From an uncultured Candidatus Poseidoniales archaeon (GTDB lineage Archaea > Thermoplasmatota > Poseidoniia > Poseidoniales > Poseidoniaceae), in contig CACLCM010000003.1 in NCBI GenBank assembly GCA_902605365.1, positions 13,040 through 77,039 on the forward strand: 64,000 nucleotides of DNA, read 5' to 3'. A model generated the notes under the pieces. The model was not told where the DNA came from and searched no databases. It saw nothing but the letters and a program-made list of their open reading frames with translations. Positions 33,320-43,005 of the stretch are shown in pieces. The position numbers and the translations under genes are program-made. Positions within the stretch are counted from its first letter, which is position 1; every line of letters starts with the position of its first letter.

Positions 33320-35995
33320 ATGGGTGGTGACGACTTCCGCGATACTTTACCCGACCCAGATCCTGAACAGACTCTGGAATGGCAAGAAGCCATCAGGGCG
33401 GTTAGCGATGCACTTGGTCCAGAAAGAGCCCACAGGTTGCTATTGCAAACGATTGCAGCAGCCCGTGAGGAAGGCGTTGACATGGATGTCGTCAACACTC
33501 CTTACCTCAACACCATTCATCCTTCGAGCCAGCCAAAATATCCCGGCGACCTAGAAATGGAAGCTCGCCTTCACGGAATCATTACTTGGAATGCAATGAT
33601 GATGGTAACTAGGGCTAACAAAGCCAATGATGGCATTGGCGGGCACATATCCACCTTTGCATCCAATTCTCACCTATGGGAAGTTGGACAAAACCACTAC
33701 TATCGAGGTAAGGACCTTGATGGGTGGGGCGACCACGTATATTGGCAAGGACATGCAAGCCCTGGCGTCTATGCTAGAGCTTGGCTTGAAGGGCGCTTAA
33801 CTAGAGAGAATATTGACAATTTCAGAATTGAATGTGATGGTAACGGACTCTCTTCATACCCTCATCCTCGCCTTATGCCTAATTTTTGGGAATATCCTAG
33901 CGTATCAATGGGCCTTGGCGGAATGACTGCAATTCACACAGCTAGATTCAATCGATATTTGACCAGTAGAGGGTTAGCGGACACATCCAATTCACGTGTA
34001 TGGTATACGATGGGTGACGGCGAATCCGATGAGCCAGAATCTTTGTCGCAACTATCCCTTGCAGGTAGGGAGAACCTCGACAATGTAATTATGATAATGA
34101 ATTGTAATCTTCAAAGATTGGATGGCCCAGTTAGAGGTAACTCGAAAATTGTCCAGGAATTGGAAGGCAGGTTCCGAGGCTCAGGCTGGAACGTAATCAA
34201 AATCCTCTGGGGTTGTATGTGGGACGACTTATTCGCTAGAGACTCAGAAGGCATACTTGCAAATCGCTTGCAAGAGTTGGTTGATGGTGACGAGCAGCGT
34301 ATCTTTACTAGCGACGCTACAACCTTCAGAAATGAATTATTCAATACTCCACAGTTGAAAGCGATGGTCTCTCATCTCGGAGATGAAGATTTAGAAGCAT
34401 TAGCATCTAATCTTGGAGGACATGATATGGTCAAAATCAATGCAGCATACGCCGCTGCTGAGGCTTGTGATGACAAGCCAACAATCATCTTTGCTCGTAC
34501 AATTAAGGGGTACGGATTAGGGCCTGCTTTCGCAGGACGCAACTCTACTCATGGTAAGAAAAAGGCCGATGAAGACAGTATCAAATGGATGCGAGACGAC
34601 CTAAATTTATCATTCACCGATGAAGAATTGAAAGAGTACCCTTTTATCGAGCCTAAAGATGTTCCAGAAGTCGTTGCCTACCTCAAGAAAAGGCGAGAAG
34701 AAATGGGCGGGTTCTGTCCTGAAAGAAGAACCCCTCCTACTAATTTACAGCCACCAGGACCGGAGGGATATTCTACCTTTGATGAAGGTACAAAGGGTAA
34801 AATGCAAGTATCCACGACAATGGCATTTGTTCGTCTGTTGAGCGGATTGATGAAAGACAAATCAATCGGTGAGAGAGTAGTTCCAGTCGTACCCGATGAG
34901 GCGAGAACCTTCGGGATGGACCCACTATTCGCTCAATTTGGAATCTATCACCCTGAAGGGCAGTTGTACACTCCAGTAGATCACAAAATGTTGATGAAAT
35001 ACAAAGAAAGCGAGAAAGGACAACTCTTCGAAGAAGGTATTTCTGAAGCAGGAGCCATGTCGACTTTCATCGCAAGCGCCACCTCTTATTCAACTCAAGG
35101 GTGTGCAACAATTCCGTTCTACATCTTCTACAGCATGTTCGGTTTCCAAAGAGTTGCTGACTTGATTTGGTCAGCAGCAGACCAAAGGGCTCGAGGCTTC
35201 ATGATCGGAGCCACCAGTGGTAGAACTACTTTGAACGGAGAAGGACTTCAACACCAAGACGGGCACAGTTTGCTAATGGCTCACACCAATCCAGCAATCA
35301 GGGCTTATGACCCAGCGTTTGCTTACGAGTTGGCAACCATTATTCGAGCCGGTATCGATGAAATGTATGTGGATGAAAAGGACTTGATGTATTACATCGC
35401 AGTCTACAATGAAAATCACCCAATGCCTCCAAAGCCAGCTGGTGTAGATGAGGGGATAGTCAAAGGAGCATACAAGTTACGTAGTGCTCCAAAGGGCGAC
35501 GGGCCAATAGTTAGATTGATTGGTTCAGGCCCAATTATGCTTCAACTTTTATCCGCAGTTGAAGTCCTAGAAACCTACGGCGTTCGTTCAGAGATTTGGT
35601 CGGCTACGTCATATGGGGAGCTTCGCAGAGAGGGACTTGAATGCGAGAGAGATAATCGCCTCAGCCCAGATAGCGCACGTCTAATTCCATATGTTGAACA
35701 GATTCTGGGAGATGGAACTTATCCAACGATTGCAGTTAGCGATAACCAAATTGCAGTTCCAGATATGATCCGACAATGGGTTGGTGGAGATTTCACGGTT
35801 TTGGGAACAGATGGTTTCGGGCGTTCAGACACCAGGCCAAACTTACGAAGGTTCTTCGAAATTGACGCTCAACACATTACATTAGCCGCACTATCTTCCT
35901 TGGTTCGCTCCCACCAAATCAAATCCGAAGTCTATGATAAGGCAATCAAAGAACTAGGTATCAATAAAGAAAGAAACGACATCACTTCACTGTGA
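33320..35995 (+). CDS. aceE: Pyruvate/2-oxoacid dehydrogenase E1 component, homodimeric AceE type
   Basis: 891 aa. N-terminus DPDPEQTLEWQEAI and the GGHISTFASNSHLWEVGQNHYYRGKD ThDP-region motif. Confidence 0.85.
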   Translation: MGGDDFRDTLPDPDPEQTLEWQEAIRAVSDALGPERAHRLLLQTIAAAREEGVDMDVVNTPYLNTIHPSSQPKYPGDLEMEARLHGIITWNAMMMVTRANKANDGIGGHISTFASNSHLWEVGQNHYYRGKDLDGWGDHVYWQGHASPGVYARAWLEGRLTRENIDNFRIECDGNGLSSYPHPRLMPNFWEYPSVSMGLGGMTAIHTARFNRYLTSRGLADTSNSRVWYTMGDGESDEPESLSQLSLAGRENLDNVIMIMNCNLQRLDGPVRGNSKIVQELEGRFRGSGWNVIKILWGCMWDDLFARDSEGILANRLQELVDGDEQRIFTSDATTFRNELFNTPQLKAMVSHLGDEDLEALASNLGGHDMVKINAAYAAAEACDDKPTIIFARTIKGYGLGPAFAGRNSTHGKKKADEDSIKWMRDDLNLSFTDEELKEYPFIEPKDVPEVVAYLKKRREEMGGFCPERRTPPTNLQPPGPEGYSTFDEGTKGKMQVSTTMAFVRLLSGLMKDKSIGERVVPVVPDEARTFGMDPLFAQFGIYHPEGQLYTPVDHKMLMKYKESEKGQLFEEGISEAGAMSTFIASATSYSTQGCATIPFYIFYSMFGFQRVADLIWSAADQRARGFMIGATSGRTTLNGEGLQHQDGHSLLMAHTNPAIRAYDPAFAYELATIIRAGIDEMYVDEKDLMYYIAVYNENHPMPPKPAGVDEGIVKGAYKLRSAPKGDGPIVRLIGSGPIMLQLLSAVEVLETYGVRSEIWSATSYGELRREGLECERDNRLSPDSARLIPYVEQILGDGTYPTIAVSDNQIAVPDMIRQWVGGDFTVLGTDGFGRSDTRPNLRRFFEIDAQHITLAALSSLVRSHQIKSEVYDKAIKELGINKERNDITSL

Positions 35996-36022
35996 TTATT
36001 CGATAAGGTAGAACATCGGCTA

Positions 36023-38368
36023 TCAATTTACCATCTCTGGCATTCTACCACGCAGTCTAAGCCACGTTTCAGCACCAAATGTTAGAGCGTATAATGATGC
36101 TAACCACAACGTCGGCCTAGCCCAATATCCATCAGGGACATCGATTAGTAGAACACATAACCACGTTAGAGTAGCCAGATCTAATATCCACCTCATACCT
36201 GCTAAAATCTGCTTTGAATTAGATTGCATTTCAGTAAGTTGTGTATCGGTTAGTACCGCAGTAATTCCCTTTAATTTCGAGAGGGCATTACCTCCGTTCC
36301 AGCGAATTCTACCCAACTTGAAACGATTCCAGCCATCGATAACAAGGAATAATGTCAACCAAACAATTACCACTTCAAGCAAAGGCTCAGCTCCATACAA
36401 ATCCAGGCCATTGAATGACCAATATAGCAAACCCCACAACCATCCGATTATCAATAATTGAGAGGTTCTAGCAAAACTTCCCAACTTACGTAGCAATTCA
36501 GCATCATGGGATAGCACCATCTCGAGTGAAATTACCAAACCTACGCTGAAAGTCAATACAAAACTCCCCGCCAGCCACCACCATTCTAGTGAAGTGTCTC
36601 TCCATGCAAGCAAAATTGCAACCAATGTCCAAGCCATTACTAGTGCTGTAGTGGCATTCACTGTTGCTTGCATAACATAGAGCGGGTCACGCCCATCTTT
36701 CAATACAGACAAACCTCCCATAAGACGAACTTCGAATGCGGAATCATCTACCACTCCTTGTGCAGCAGCGGTCATTCCACCGACTGATTTTAATCGGGCA
36801 GATTCGACAATTCCTTCAGAATCATCTTCGTTAGAACCAGTCCATTTTGAACCTCTGGCGGCGGCGGCTGCAGCGCCCCTTCCTCTACTGCGTCCCTTTC
36901 CAGCACTCCTCGCCTTCGCCCAAGCTCTAATTTCTGGAGTTGTAGCCTCTTCGACTTGGTCTTCATTCAATGGCGCACCGTGATCTGTGTATAGCCAGCG
37001 ACATTGAATTGGAACGGGAGCGGGGTCTACGTCTGGAGCAACCATCTGGAATTGACCTGGACCAAGGGTTGGGAGTTGTTTCACTAAGTCTTGGTCTCCG
37101 CCACTTTCTTTCAACAAATGCCGGACCTTTTCGACATCTTGGGGCTGAGTAAATCTACCAATGAAAGTAGTATTTGCTTGTGCGAGAATCTTGTAATCTA
37201 CGTCGGATACATTTTGGGTTGCCAAGACACACGCAACACCATATTTTCTCGCCTGCTTGAAAATCAGTTTAATCAAATCCTTAGCAGGTGGGTTCCTTGG
37301 GTGAGGTGGTAAATATGGAGCAACTTCATCCATGAAGAATAGTAATTTCAATTCCCCTTCAGCAGGTTGCTGAGTTAACATCCAATCGTATAATTCACGA
37401 GCCAATTCTTGAACGAAATATTGTTTTTGAGCCTCATCTTGAATCGTATTGAGATATACGATGTTAAGTGGCACTTTCCCTGGCATTGCTGGTTCACAAA
37501 ACGAATCGATGTCAATCGGTACACCGTTTGAAAATAGTAACTGATTGACACCACTGCTGAATGCCGATAAGCGTCTTGCAAGGTCGTTTCTAGTCGACTT
37601 AGGCAGCATCTCATCATAATCTCTCAGACCATGTTCAAACATGATCTCCTCCCAAGTGGGAATATCCGGCTTTTCTTCATCCTCCACGTCGATAAAGGCC
37701 TGAGGATATAATGCTCTTGTGAAACAATCTTGAGGCTCTCTTACAACTTTAGCCAAACCTTGGAAGTCTCCGACATCAAGACCTAGTCTTGTTCCATTAA
37801 CCAGCACTTCGTATAGGAATGGTTTGACAACCTTTCCTTGTGTCTTTTCAACATCAAATCCGGCAAGATTACTGAATCCAGCAGCCACCATGTCCCATGC
37901 TGTGATTGCTTCTTCAGGGTCTAAATCCGCAGGAGGTGAGCGAAAAGGGTCGATACATAATGGCAAACCTTTCGACCTTAAGGGGGTCCAAATTCTAACT
38001 TCCATCTTTGAAATTAGTTTTTTCATTCGGTCTACTTCGCCGCCTTGCTCGGTTAAATCCCCTTCATCAATAGCTAATGCGAGTCTTGCTAAGTCACCTT
38101 GAGGGTCGAGAATTAGGGCGGGGATGCCGGCCAAAGCAGCCTCCTCAATAACGGTCTTAGCCATCACGGTTTTTCCAGAGCCTGTAGAACCTAACATGGC
38201 GGCATGTCTAGCCAAAACCATCTTGTCGATCTGAACGATATCTCCGTTGTCTCTTCTCTCACCGAGAAGCATTCCCTTTGCCTTTATTTTCTTCTTCCGT
38301 TTTGGTTGAGGGGTTTCAAGAATATCATCGACGAGGTCTCTCAATTCATGAGCATCCTCCTCCGACAT
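36023..38368 (-). CDS. HerA/FtsK-superfamily (DUF87-like) P-loop ATPase fused to a C-terminal polytopic membrane domain
   Basis: Walker A GSTGSGKT, Walker B LLFFMDEV, VLATQNVSDVD. An Arg/Gly/Ala linker is followed by ~6-7 hydrophobic helices. ATG at 38368 preferred. Confidence 0.7.
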   Translation of the reverse strand: MSEEDAHELRDLVDDILETPQPKRKKKIKAKGMLLGERRDNGDIVQIDKMVLARHAAMLGSTGSGKTVMAKTVIEEAALAGIPALILDPQGDLARLALAIDEGDLTEQGGEVDRMKKLISKMEVRIWTPLRSKGLPLCIDPFRSPPADLDPEEAITAWDMVAAGFSNLAGFDVEKTQGKVVKPFLYEVLVNGTRLGLDVGDFQGLAKVVREPQDCFTRALYPQAFIDVEDEEKPDIPTWEEIMFEHGLRDYDEMLPKSTRNDLARRLSAFSSGVNQLLFSNGVPIDIDSFCEPAMPGKVPLNIVYLNTIQDEAQKQYFVQELARELYDWMLTQQPAEGELKLLFFMDEVAPYLPPHPRNPPAKDLIKLIFKQARKYGVACVLATQNVSDVDYKILAQANTTFIGRFTQPQDVEKVRHLLKESGGDQDLVKQLPTLGPGQFQMVAPDVDPAPVPIQCRWLYTDHGAPLNEDQVEEATTPEIRAWAKARSAGKGRSRGRGAAAAAARGSKWTGSNEDDSEGIVESARLKSVGGMTAAAQGVVDDSAFEVRLMGGLSVLKDGRDPLYVMQATVNATTALVMAWTLVAILLAWRDTSLEWWWLAGSFVLTFSVGLVISLEMVLSHDAELLRKLGSFARTSQLLIIGWLWGLLYWSFNGLDLYGAEPLLEVVIVWLTLFLVIDGWNRFKLGRIRWNGGNALSKLKGITAVLTDTQLTEMQSNSKQILAGMRWILDLATLTWLCVLLIDVPDGYWARPTLWLASLYALTFGAETWLRLRGRMPEMVN

Positions 38369-38459
38369 GAGCCAGCCAACAATGCCCGCCCTCTTGAGGA
38401 TGACTACTACCGCGCAGTTGGCGGGACACACTCAAGGAGGCGAACCTCTTCGCCGAGAC

Positions 38460-39521
38460 ATGACTCGTATTGCTTTAGCCAAGCCGTACTGGGATGCTGA
38501 GTGCGAGAAGGCCGCAGTATCAGCATTATCTAGTGGCCGTTGGGTTAAGGGCCCGCAGGCTAGAGCGTTCGGCGAGGAATTTGCAAATTGGTGTGGTGCG
38601 ATTTCTGCAGTACCTTGTCAGAGTGGCTCAGCGGCATTATGGGCTGCTATGCGCTTGCTAGATATTGGACCGGGTGACGAAGTAATCGTTCCTGGAATGA
38701 CTTTTATTGCAACAGCGACGGCTGTAAGTTTAGTCGGCGCAACCCCTGTTTTTGCAGATATCGAAGACGAATATTGGTGTATTTGCCCAGATGATGTCGA
38801 GTCAAAAATCACTTCTAAAACAAAAGCCGTAATTGGAGTACATATCTTTGGCCAACCATTTTCTCCTCGTCTACGAACGATTTGTGATTCTCATGGAATC
38901 TCTCTAATCGAAGATGCTGCTCAAGCACACGGAGCGTTACTTGAAGGAAAAATGGCTGGGGCGATTGGAGATATTGCCTGCTTCTCCTTTTTCCCTTCTA
39001 AGAATATGGCTGTCGGAGGCGAAGGCGGGATGGTAACCACTACCCGCCCTGAACTTGCTGAGCGTTTGAAACGCCTGGTCGATCATGGCCGGGATGATAC
39101 CTTGGAATCAGTTGAATTAGGCACCAATTTACGAATGAGTGAAGTCAATGCCGCAGTAGGCAGAGTTCAGTTAAAACACATCGATAGTTGGGTTTCCAAA
39201 AGAAGAGAAAACTCCGATGAGTTAAACCATTCAACAAAGATTCGTGAGAATAGTCAGCATGCTTGGCACCAATTGTGTATTTTGTCAGACGAACCCACTT
39301 CAGTAATCTCTTATTTTGATAGTAAAGGAATTGATGCAAGAGTCCATTACCCAATACCGTGCAACCGCCACCAAGTTTATTCTGAACACTTCCAGCACGA
39401 AAACAGTCTACCTAATTGCGATTTGATTGCTCACAAATTGGTCGCAATTCCAGTCCACCCTTCTTTGAGTGGCGAGGAGTTACAAAGAATCAAGGATGCA
39501 TTGCATCATTCAACATTCTAG
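38460..39521 (+). CDS. DegT/DnrJ/EryC1/StrS-family PLP-dependent sugar aminotransferase
   Basis: IALAKPYWD..SGRWVKGPQ..FE.EFA N-terminus. FFPSKNMAVGGEGGM (PLP Lys). ATG at 38460 preferred. Confidence 0.8.
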   Translation: MTRIALAKPYWDAECEKAAVSALSSGRWVKGPQARAFGEEFANWCGAISAVPCQSGSAALWAAMRLLDIGPGDEVIVPGMTFIATATAVSLVGATPVFADIEDEYWCICPDDVESKITSKTKAVIGVHIFGQPFSPRLRTICDSHGISLIEDAAQAHGALLEGKMAGAIGDIACFSFFPSKNMAVGGEGGMVTTTRPELAERLKRLVDHGRDDTLESVELGTNLRMSEVNAAVGRVQLKHIDSWVSKRRENSDELNHSTKIRENSQHAWHQLCILSDEPTSVISYFDSKGIDARVHYPIPCNRHQVYSEHFQHENSLPNCDLIAHKLVAIPVHPSLSGEELQRIKDALHHSTF

Positions 39522-40032
39522 CCAGGGCCGCATTAGACCAGCCTTTGATGCCAGTCAATTCCAAACCGGTCCAAGATGGAATAATTACGGGTTGGCTTTC
39601 ACTTTCTAATTCAACTTCGGCTATGATTAACCCTTCTAGGGGCGATTCAAATTCATCAACCTCCCACAACAAACCGTCTTCGCCATCCCAAAGGTATCGA
39701 GTCTTAGTTACACTTGGCAACCCTTCGAGTGAAAGAGAATCGAACAAATCTTTCGAAAGTGGCCATTCAAACTCCGTAGCAGTTGCTCCAGTTCTTGAGC
39801 CCTTTGCGGTTAGAATAGCTTCACCGTCTTGTAATCGAATTCTCCAGGTTTTTATGTTCACCAAACCATCTTCTCCCTTAGCCAAATTGTGCCCATTCCA
39901 AACAATATTGCCCTCATCTAACTTAACTCCGGTTAGATAGCATTGGAATATCGATAGAGCCCTGTCTCCGCGCCAAGGCTTTTCTCCACGACCATCTATG
40001 AAGAATCGTCGCTCAATTTCTATCCCCATCAA
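39490..40032 (-). CDS. CYTH-domain protein (CyaB/ThTPase-like triphosphate tunnel)
   Basis: IEIERRFFI N-terminal ExExK-like motif and later EVE. 180 aa. Confidence 0.7.
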   Translation of the reverse strand: MMGIEIERRFFIDGRGEKPWRGDRALSIFQCYLTGVKLDEGNIVWNGHNLAKGEDGLVNIKTWRIRLQDGEAILTAKGSRTGATATEFEWPLSKDLFDSLSLEGLPSVTKTRYLWDGEDGLLWEVDEFESPLEGLIIAEVELESESQPVIIPSWTGLELTGIKGWSNAALARMLNDAMHP

Positions 40033-40646
40033 CTCTCATCCTCTATCTTCTGAGATCTCGCCTTAGCCATAACCTCTTCATCAAGGAACCAAAATGTTGG
40101 GGTTTCTTCCAGGTGCTTATCCCAGTGCTGTACAGTTCTAGCCCACATTTCGGTGTCTGCATTTTTACTGCAATATTTCAGTATCCAATCCATCTGGCTT
40201 TGCATCTCTGCATCATCAGGGCAGTTACGCTTGAGATTTTCTGCAGTCATTGCCATGTTCATCATGAACATTGGTGATAGAGCGTAGGTCCAAAACGGAT
40301 TTCTTTCAAAATCCACGCTTCTTTGAGCAGTCCATAATGAAAACACTCTATCGTAAAGATAGCCTACACAAAGAACGATTAGAACCAAAGTGAAGAATAT
40401 GCTAAGCAATCCAATGTACGTGGCGGGTATTCCCAATACTGAGTTGGTAAAGCATATTCCAGAATCGCACCCTGCAGAGAATCTCCAGCTAACATATGGC
40501 CACAAAATCAAGGTAAGAGTAGACCCCAATAATCCCATCGAAATTATCGATTGAGATTGTTGCATACGCCAATATTGGCGCATTACCCATTTCTTGAAAG
40601 GGCTGATTTCCGAACTCGTCATACCAACCTCGTCGACACTGCTCAT
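40029..40646 (-). CDS. Hypothetical membrane protein
   Basis: 205 aa with 3 hydrophobic helices. Its stop overlaps the start of the CYTH gene. Confidence 0.5.
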   Translation of the reverse strand: MSSVDEVGMTSSEISPFKKWVMRQYWRMQQSQSIISMGLLGSTLTLILWPYVSWRFSAGCDSGICFTNSVLGIPATYIGLLSIFFTLVLIVLCVGYLYDRVFSLWTAQRSVDFERNPFWTYALSPMFMMNMAMTAENLKRNCPDDAEMQSQMDWILKYCSKNADTEMWARTVQHWDKHLEETPTFWFLDEEVMAKARSQKIEDES

Positions 40647-40692
40647 TGATATTTTAATGGGTCTAAAGTGCCGCTACTGTTACCAATGTATC

Positions 40693-40699
40693 ATTATAT
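40693..40699 (+). promoter_or_regulatory. TATA-like box (ATTATAT) ~24 nt upstream of the ATG at 40720
   Basis: Motif and spacing read directly. Confidence 0.35.
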
Positions 40700-40719
40700 G
40701 TTAACAGCCAGCGCAATAT

Positions 40720-42987
40720 ATGCACCAGAATTTCACAACATCAACATTGGCGATTTTTTTAGTTCTACTAATGGGAATGTCTGGATGTACTGGGATGTTT
40801 GATGACTCTAGTGATGAAGAGGAACAAATCATTCTCAATCCAGATTTGGGCGAACAAACCAAGAGGTCCCTTGGCTCTCCAAACCTCCTGACTTATTCAG
40901 ATTGCAGCGATTTAGAAGAATCTCTAAAATTGAGCATAGAGGAAGAAACTAGAACCAGTTTAATTCAAGCCATTGACGAGGTCTATTATTGGGGCGGAGG
41001 TTGGATGGAAGATGACATGGTTATGGAGTCTTCAGATGGAGGTACATCTCCGTCAACAAGCCCACAACCCCGTACAGAAGGCACGGATTTTTCAGGAACT
41101 AATAATCAAGAGCAAGGAGTCGATGAAGCAGATTTCGTAAAGACTGACGGATACCACATATACTTCCTTGACGACGGTTTGCTACACATAATGGATATTC
41201 CTGAATTTGGAGAAATAGAGCATGCTTCTTCAACCGAAATAGAAGGCAATCCTGTTGCTATGATGCTTAATGATGATAGATTAGTAGTAGTTTCTACAAT
41301 CTCTAGTTGGGGCATCAACCAGGAAGACCCACTTGCAGAGGCGATGGGCTGGGGCGGTGAATGGAATAGTTGGAGAACCAGTACTTTGACTAAATTCACA
41401 GTCTACAACGTATCGAACAGCTCAGATCCAGTCGAAAACCGAGAATTATACATTGAGGGGAATTACATGACTGCGAGAGAAGTCGATGGGACTGTACGAA
41501 CCGTTACTCACACCTGGATGAATATTCCAGGCCTTCGCACTTGGCTTGAATATCCAGATAATTATTGGGATTACGATTATGATGGCGAAGAACGTAAAGT
41601 GATTCGACAACAAGCAGCAGCGGCAGCAATAAATCATAATCAAAAAGTTCTGGAAGAAATTAGTTTGGAAGATATCTTACCACAAGTCCACGAAAGAGTT
41701 GGCAACCAGATAATCACGCACCATATGAATGGCGATGATTGCTCGGACTTCGCAGCACCGGACTCAGCTCTTAACCGAGGATATACCAGCATCTTTACAA
41801 TCGATTTAATCTCTGAGGATTTAGATTTTGAAGCAGACCATATTGTTGGCAACTGGCCACTTGTTTATTCTTCACAAGACACTTTAATAATCACTGAAAA
41901 CGCTTGGGACTGGTGGTGGTTCTGGGGTAATGATGGAATAGATGAAGCAACTAATATTCATTCATTCGATATTAGTGAATCTGGAGAGACAAAATATTCC
42001 GGCTCCGGTAGAGTTGAGGGCACAATCCAAAATCAATTTTCAATTTCAGAACACGAAGATGTGGTTCGCGTTGCTACCACAACAGGCCAATGGGGGCGCT
42101 GGTGGTTGGAAAATCCAGAGCCGATGGAATCTCACGTCATCACCCTGTCTCTGACAGAAAACATCACCACGGGGCAGTCCAATCTACTAGAGATTGGCCG
42201 AGTAGATGGTATCGCATATAATGAAACAATTTGGTCTGCAAGGTTTGTTGAAGATAGAGCTTACATCGTAACTTTCGAAAATATGGACCCTCTGTGGACA
42301 ATAGATCTCAGCAACCAAAGCGCCCCTCGAATAATGGGCGAGTTGGAAGTTCCAGGAGTTTCAACCTATATCCATCCACTTTCTGATGAAGCCATCCTCA
42401 CAATTGGTTTGGGCCCTGCAGATGAAGAAACGGGCTTAGGTCTCGATTGGAGCCACACAAGACTTTCATTGTTCAATGTATCAAATTTTTCAGACCCACA
42501 ATTGACTCAGACTCTGTCTTTATCCCCTGTAGAAAACCCTGATGAGGGATGGTCATGGGCTTGGTCAGAAGCAACATGGGAGCACAAAGCATTCCAATAT
42601 TGGGAGCCCAAGGGTATGCTTGCAGTCCCGGTGAATACATATCGATATGACTACTATTATGATGATGCAGGTCATTATCACTATGACTATGATTGGATTA
42701 GTAAACTGATGATAGTAAACGTAACAGAAAACGGTTTAGAGTTGCATGGTGAAGTAAACCACTCCCAATTCTATGAGACCGATGAAAACCGCTGGTGGTC
42801 TTCATACAATATCCGTAGATCAATCTTCATGGGCGATTATATCTATGCAATTTCCCATGGTGGTATATCGGTTACTCACCTAGACTCATTGGAAGAAACA
42901 GACTCCCATCAGTTCACATTTAGTAACAGCAACAATGCAGATGGGGCCTCAAGCGAGGTAGCAGTTGAGGACAAGGATGAAAGTTAG
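40720..42987 (+). CDS. Secreted beta-propeller domain lipoprotein (COG4880-like)
   Basis: Signal plus lipobox GMSGCTG. DRAYIVTFENMDPLWTIDLSNQSAPRIMGELEVPGVSTYIHPL matches the Beta_propel family signature. Confidence 0.75.
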   Translation: MHQNFTTSTLAIFLVLLMGMSGCTGMFDDSSDEEEQIILNPDLGEQTKRSLGSPNLLTYSDCSDLEESLKLSIEEETRTSLIQAIDEVYYWGGGWMEDDMVMESSDGGTSPSTSPQPRTEGTDFSGTNNQEQGVDEADFVKTDGYHIYFLDDGLLHIMDIPEFGEIEHASSTEIEGNPVAMMLNDDRLVVVSTISSWGINQEDPLAEAMGWGGEWNSWRTSTLTKFTVYNVSNSSDPVENRELYIEGNYMTAREVDGTVRTVTHTWMNIPGLRTWLEYPDNYWDYDYDGEERKVIRQQAAAAAINHNQKVLEEISLEDILPQVHERVGNQIITHHMNGDDCSDFAAPDSALNRGYTSIFTIDLISEDLDFEADHIVGNWPLVYSSQDTLIITENAWDWWWFWGNDGIDEATNIHSFDISESGETKYSGSGRVEGTIQNQFSISEHEDVVRVATTTGQWGRWWLENPEPMESHVITLSLTENITTGQSNLLEIGRVDGIAYNETIWSARFVEDRAYIVTFENMDPLWTIDLSNQSAPRIMGELEVPGVSTYIHPLSDEAILTIGLGPADEETGLGLDWSHTRLSLFNVSNFSDPQLTQTLSLSPVENPDEGWSWAWSEATWEHKAFQYWEPKGMLAVPVNTYRYDYYYDDAGHYHYDYDWISKLMIVNVTENGLELHGEVNHSQFYETDENRWWSSYNIRRSIFMGDYIYAISHGGISVTHLDSLEETDSHQFTFSNSNNADGASSEVAVEDKDES

Positions 42988-43005
42988 TCGCAAAGTAGAC
43001 CAGAC

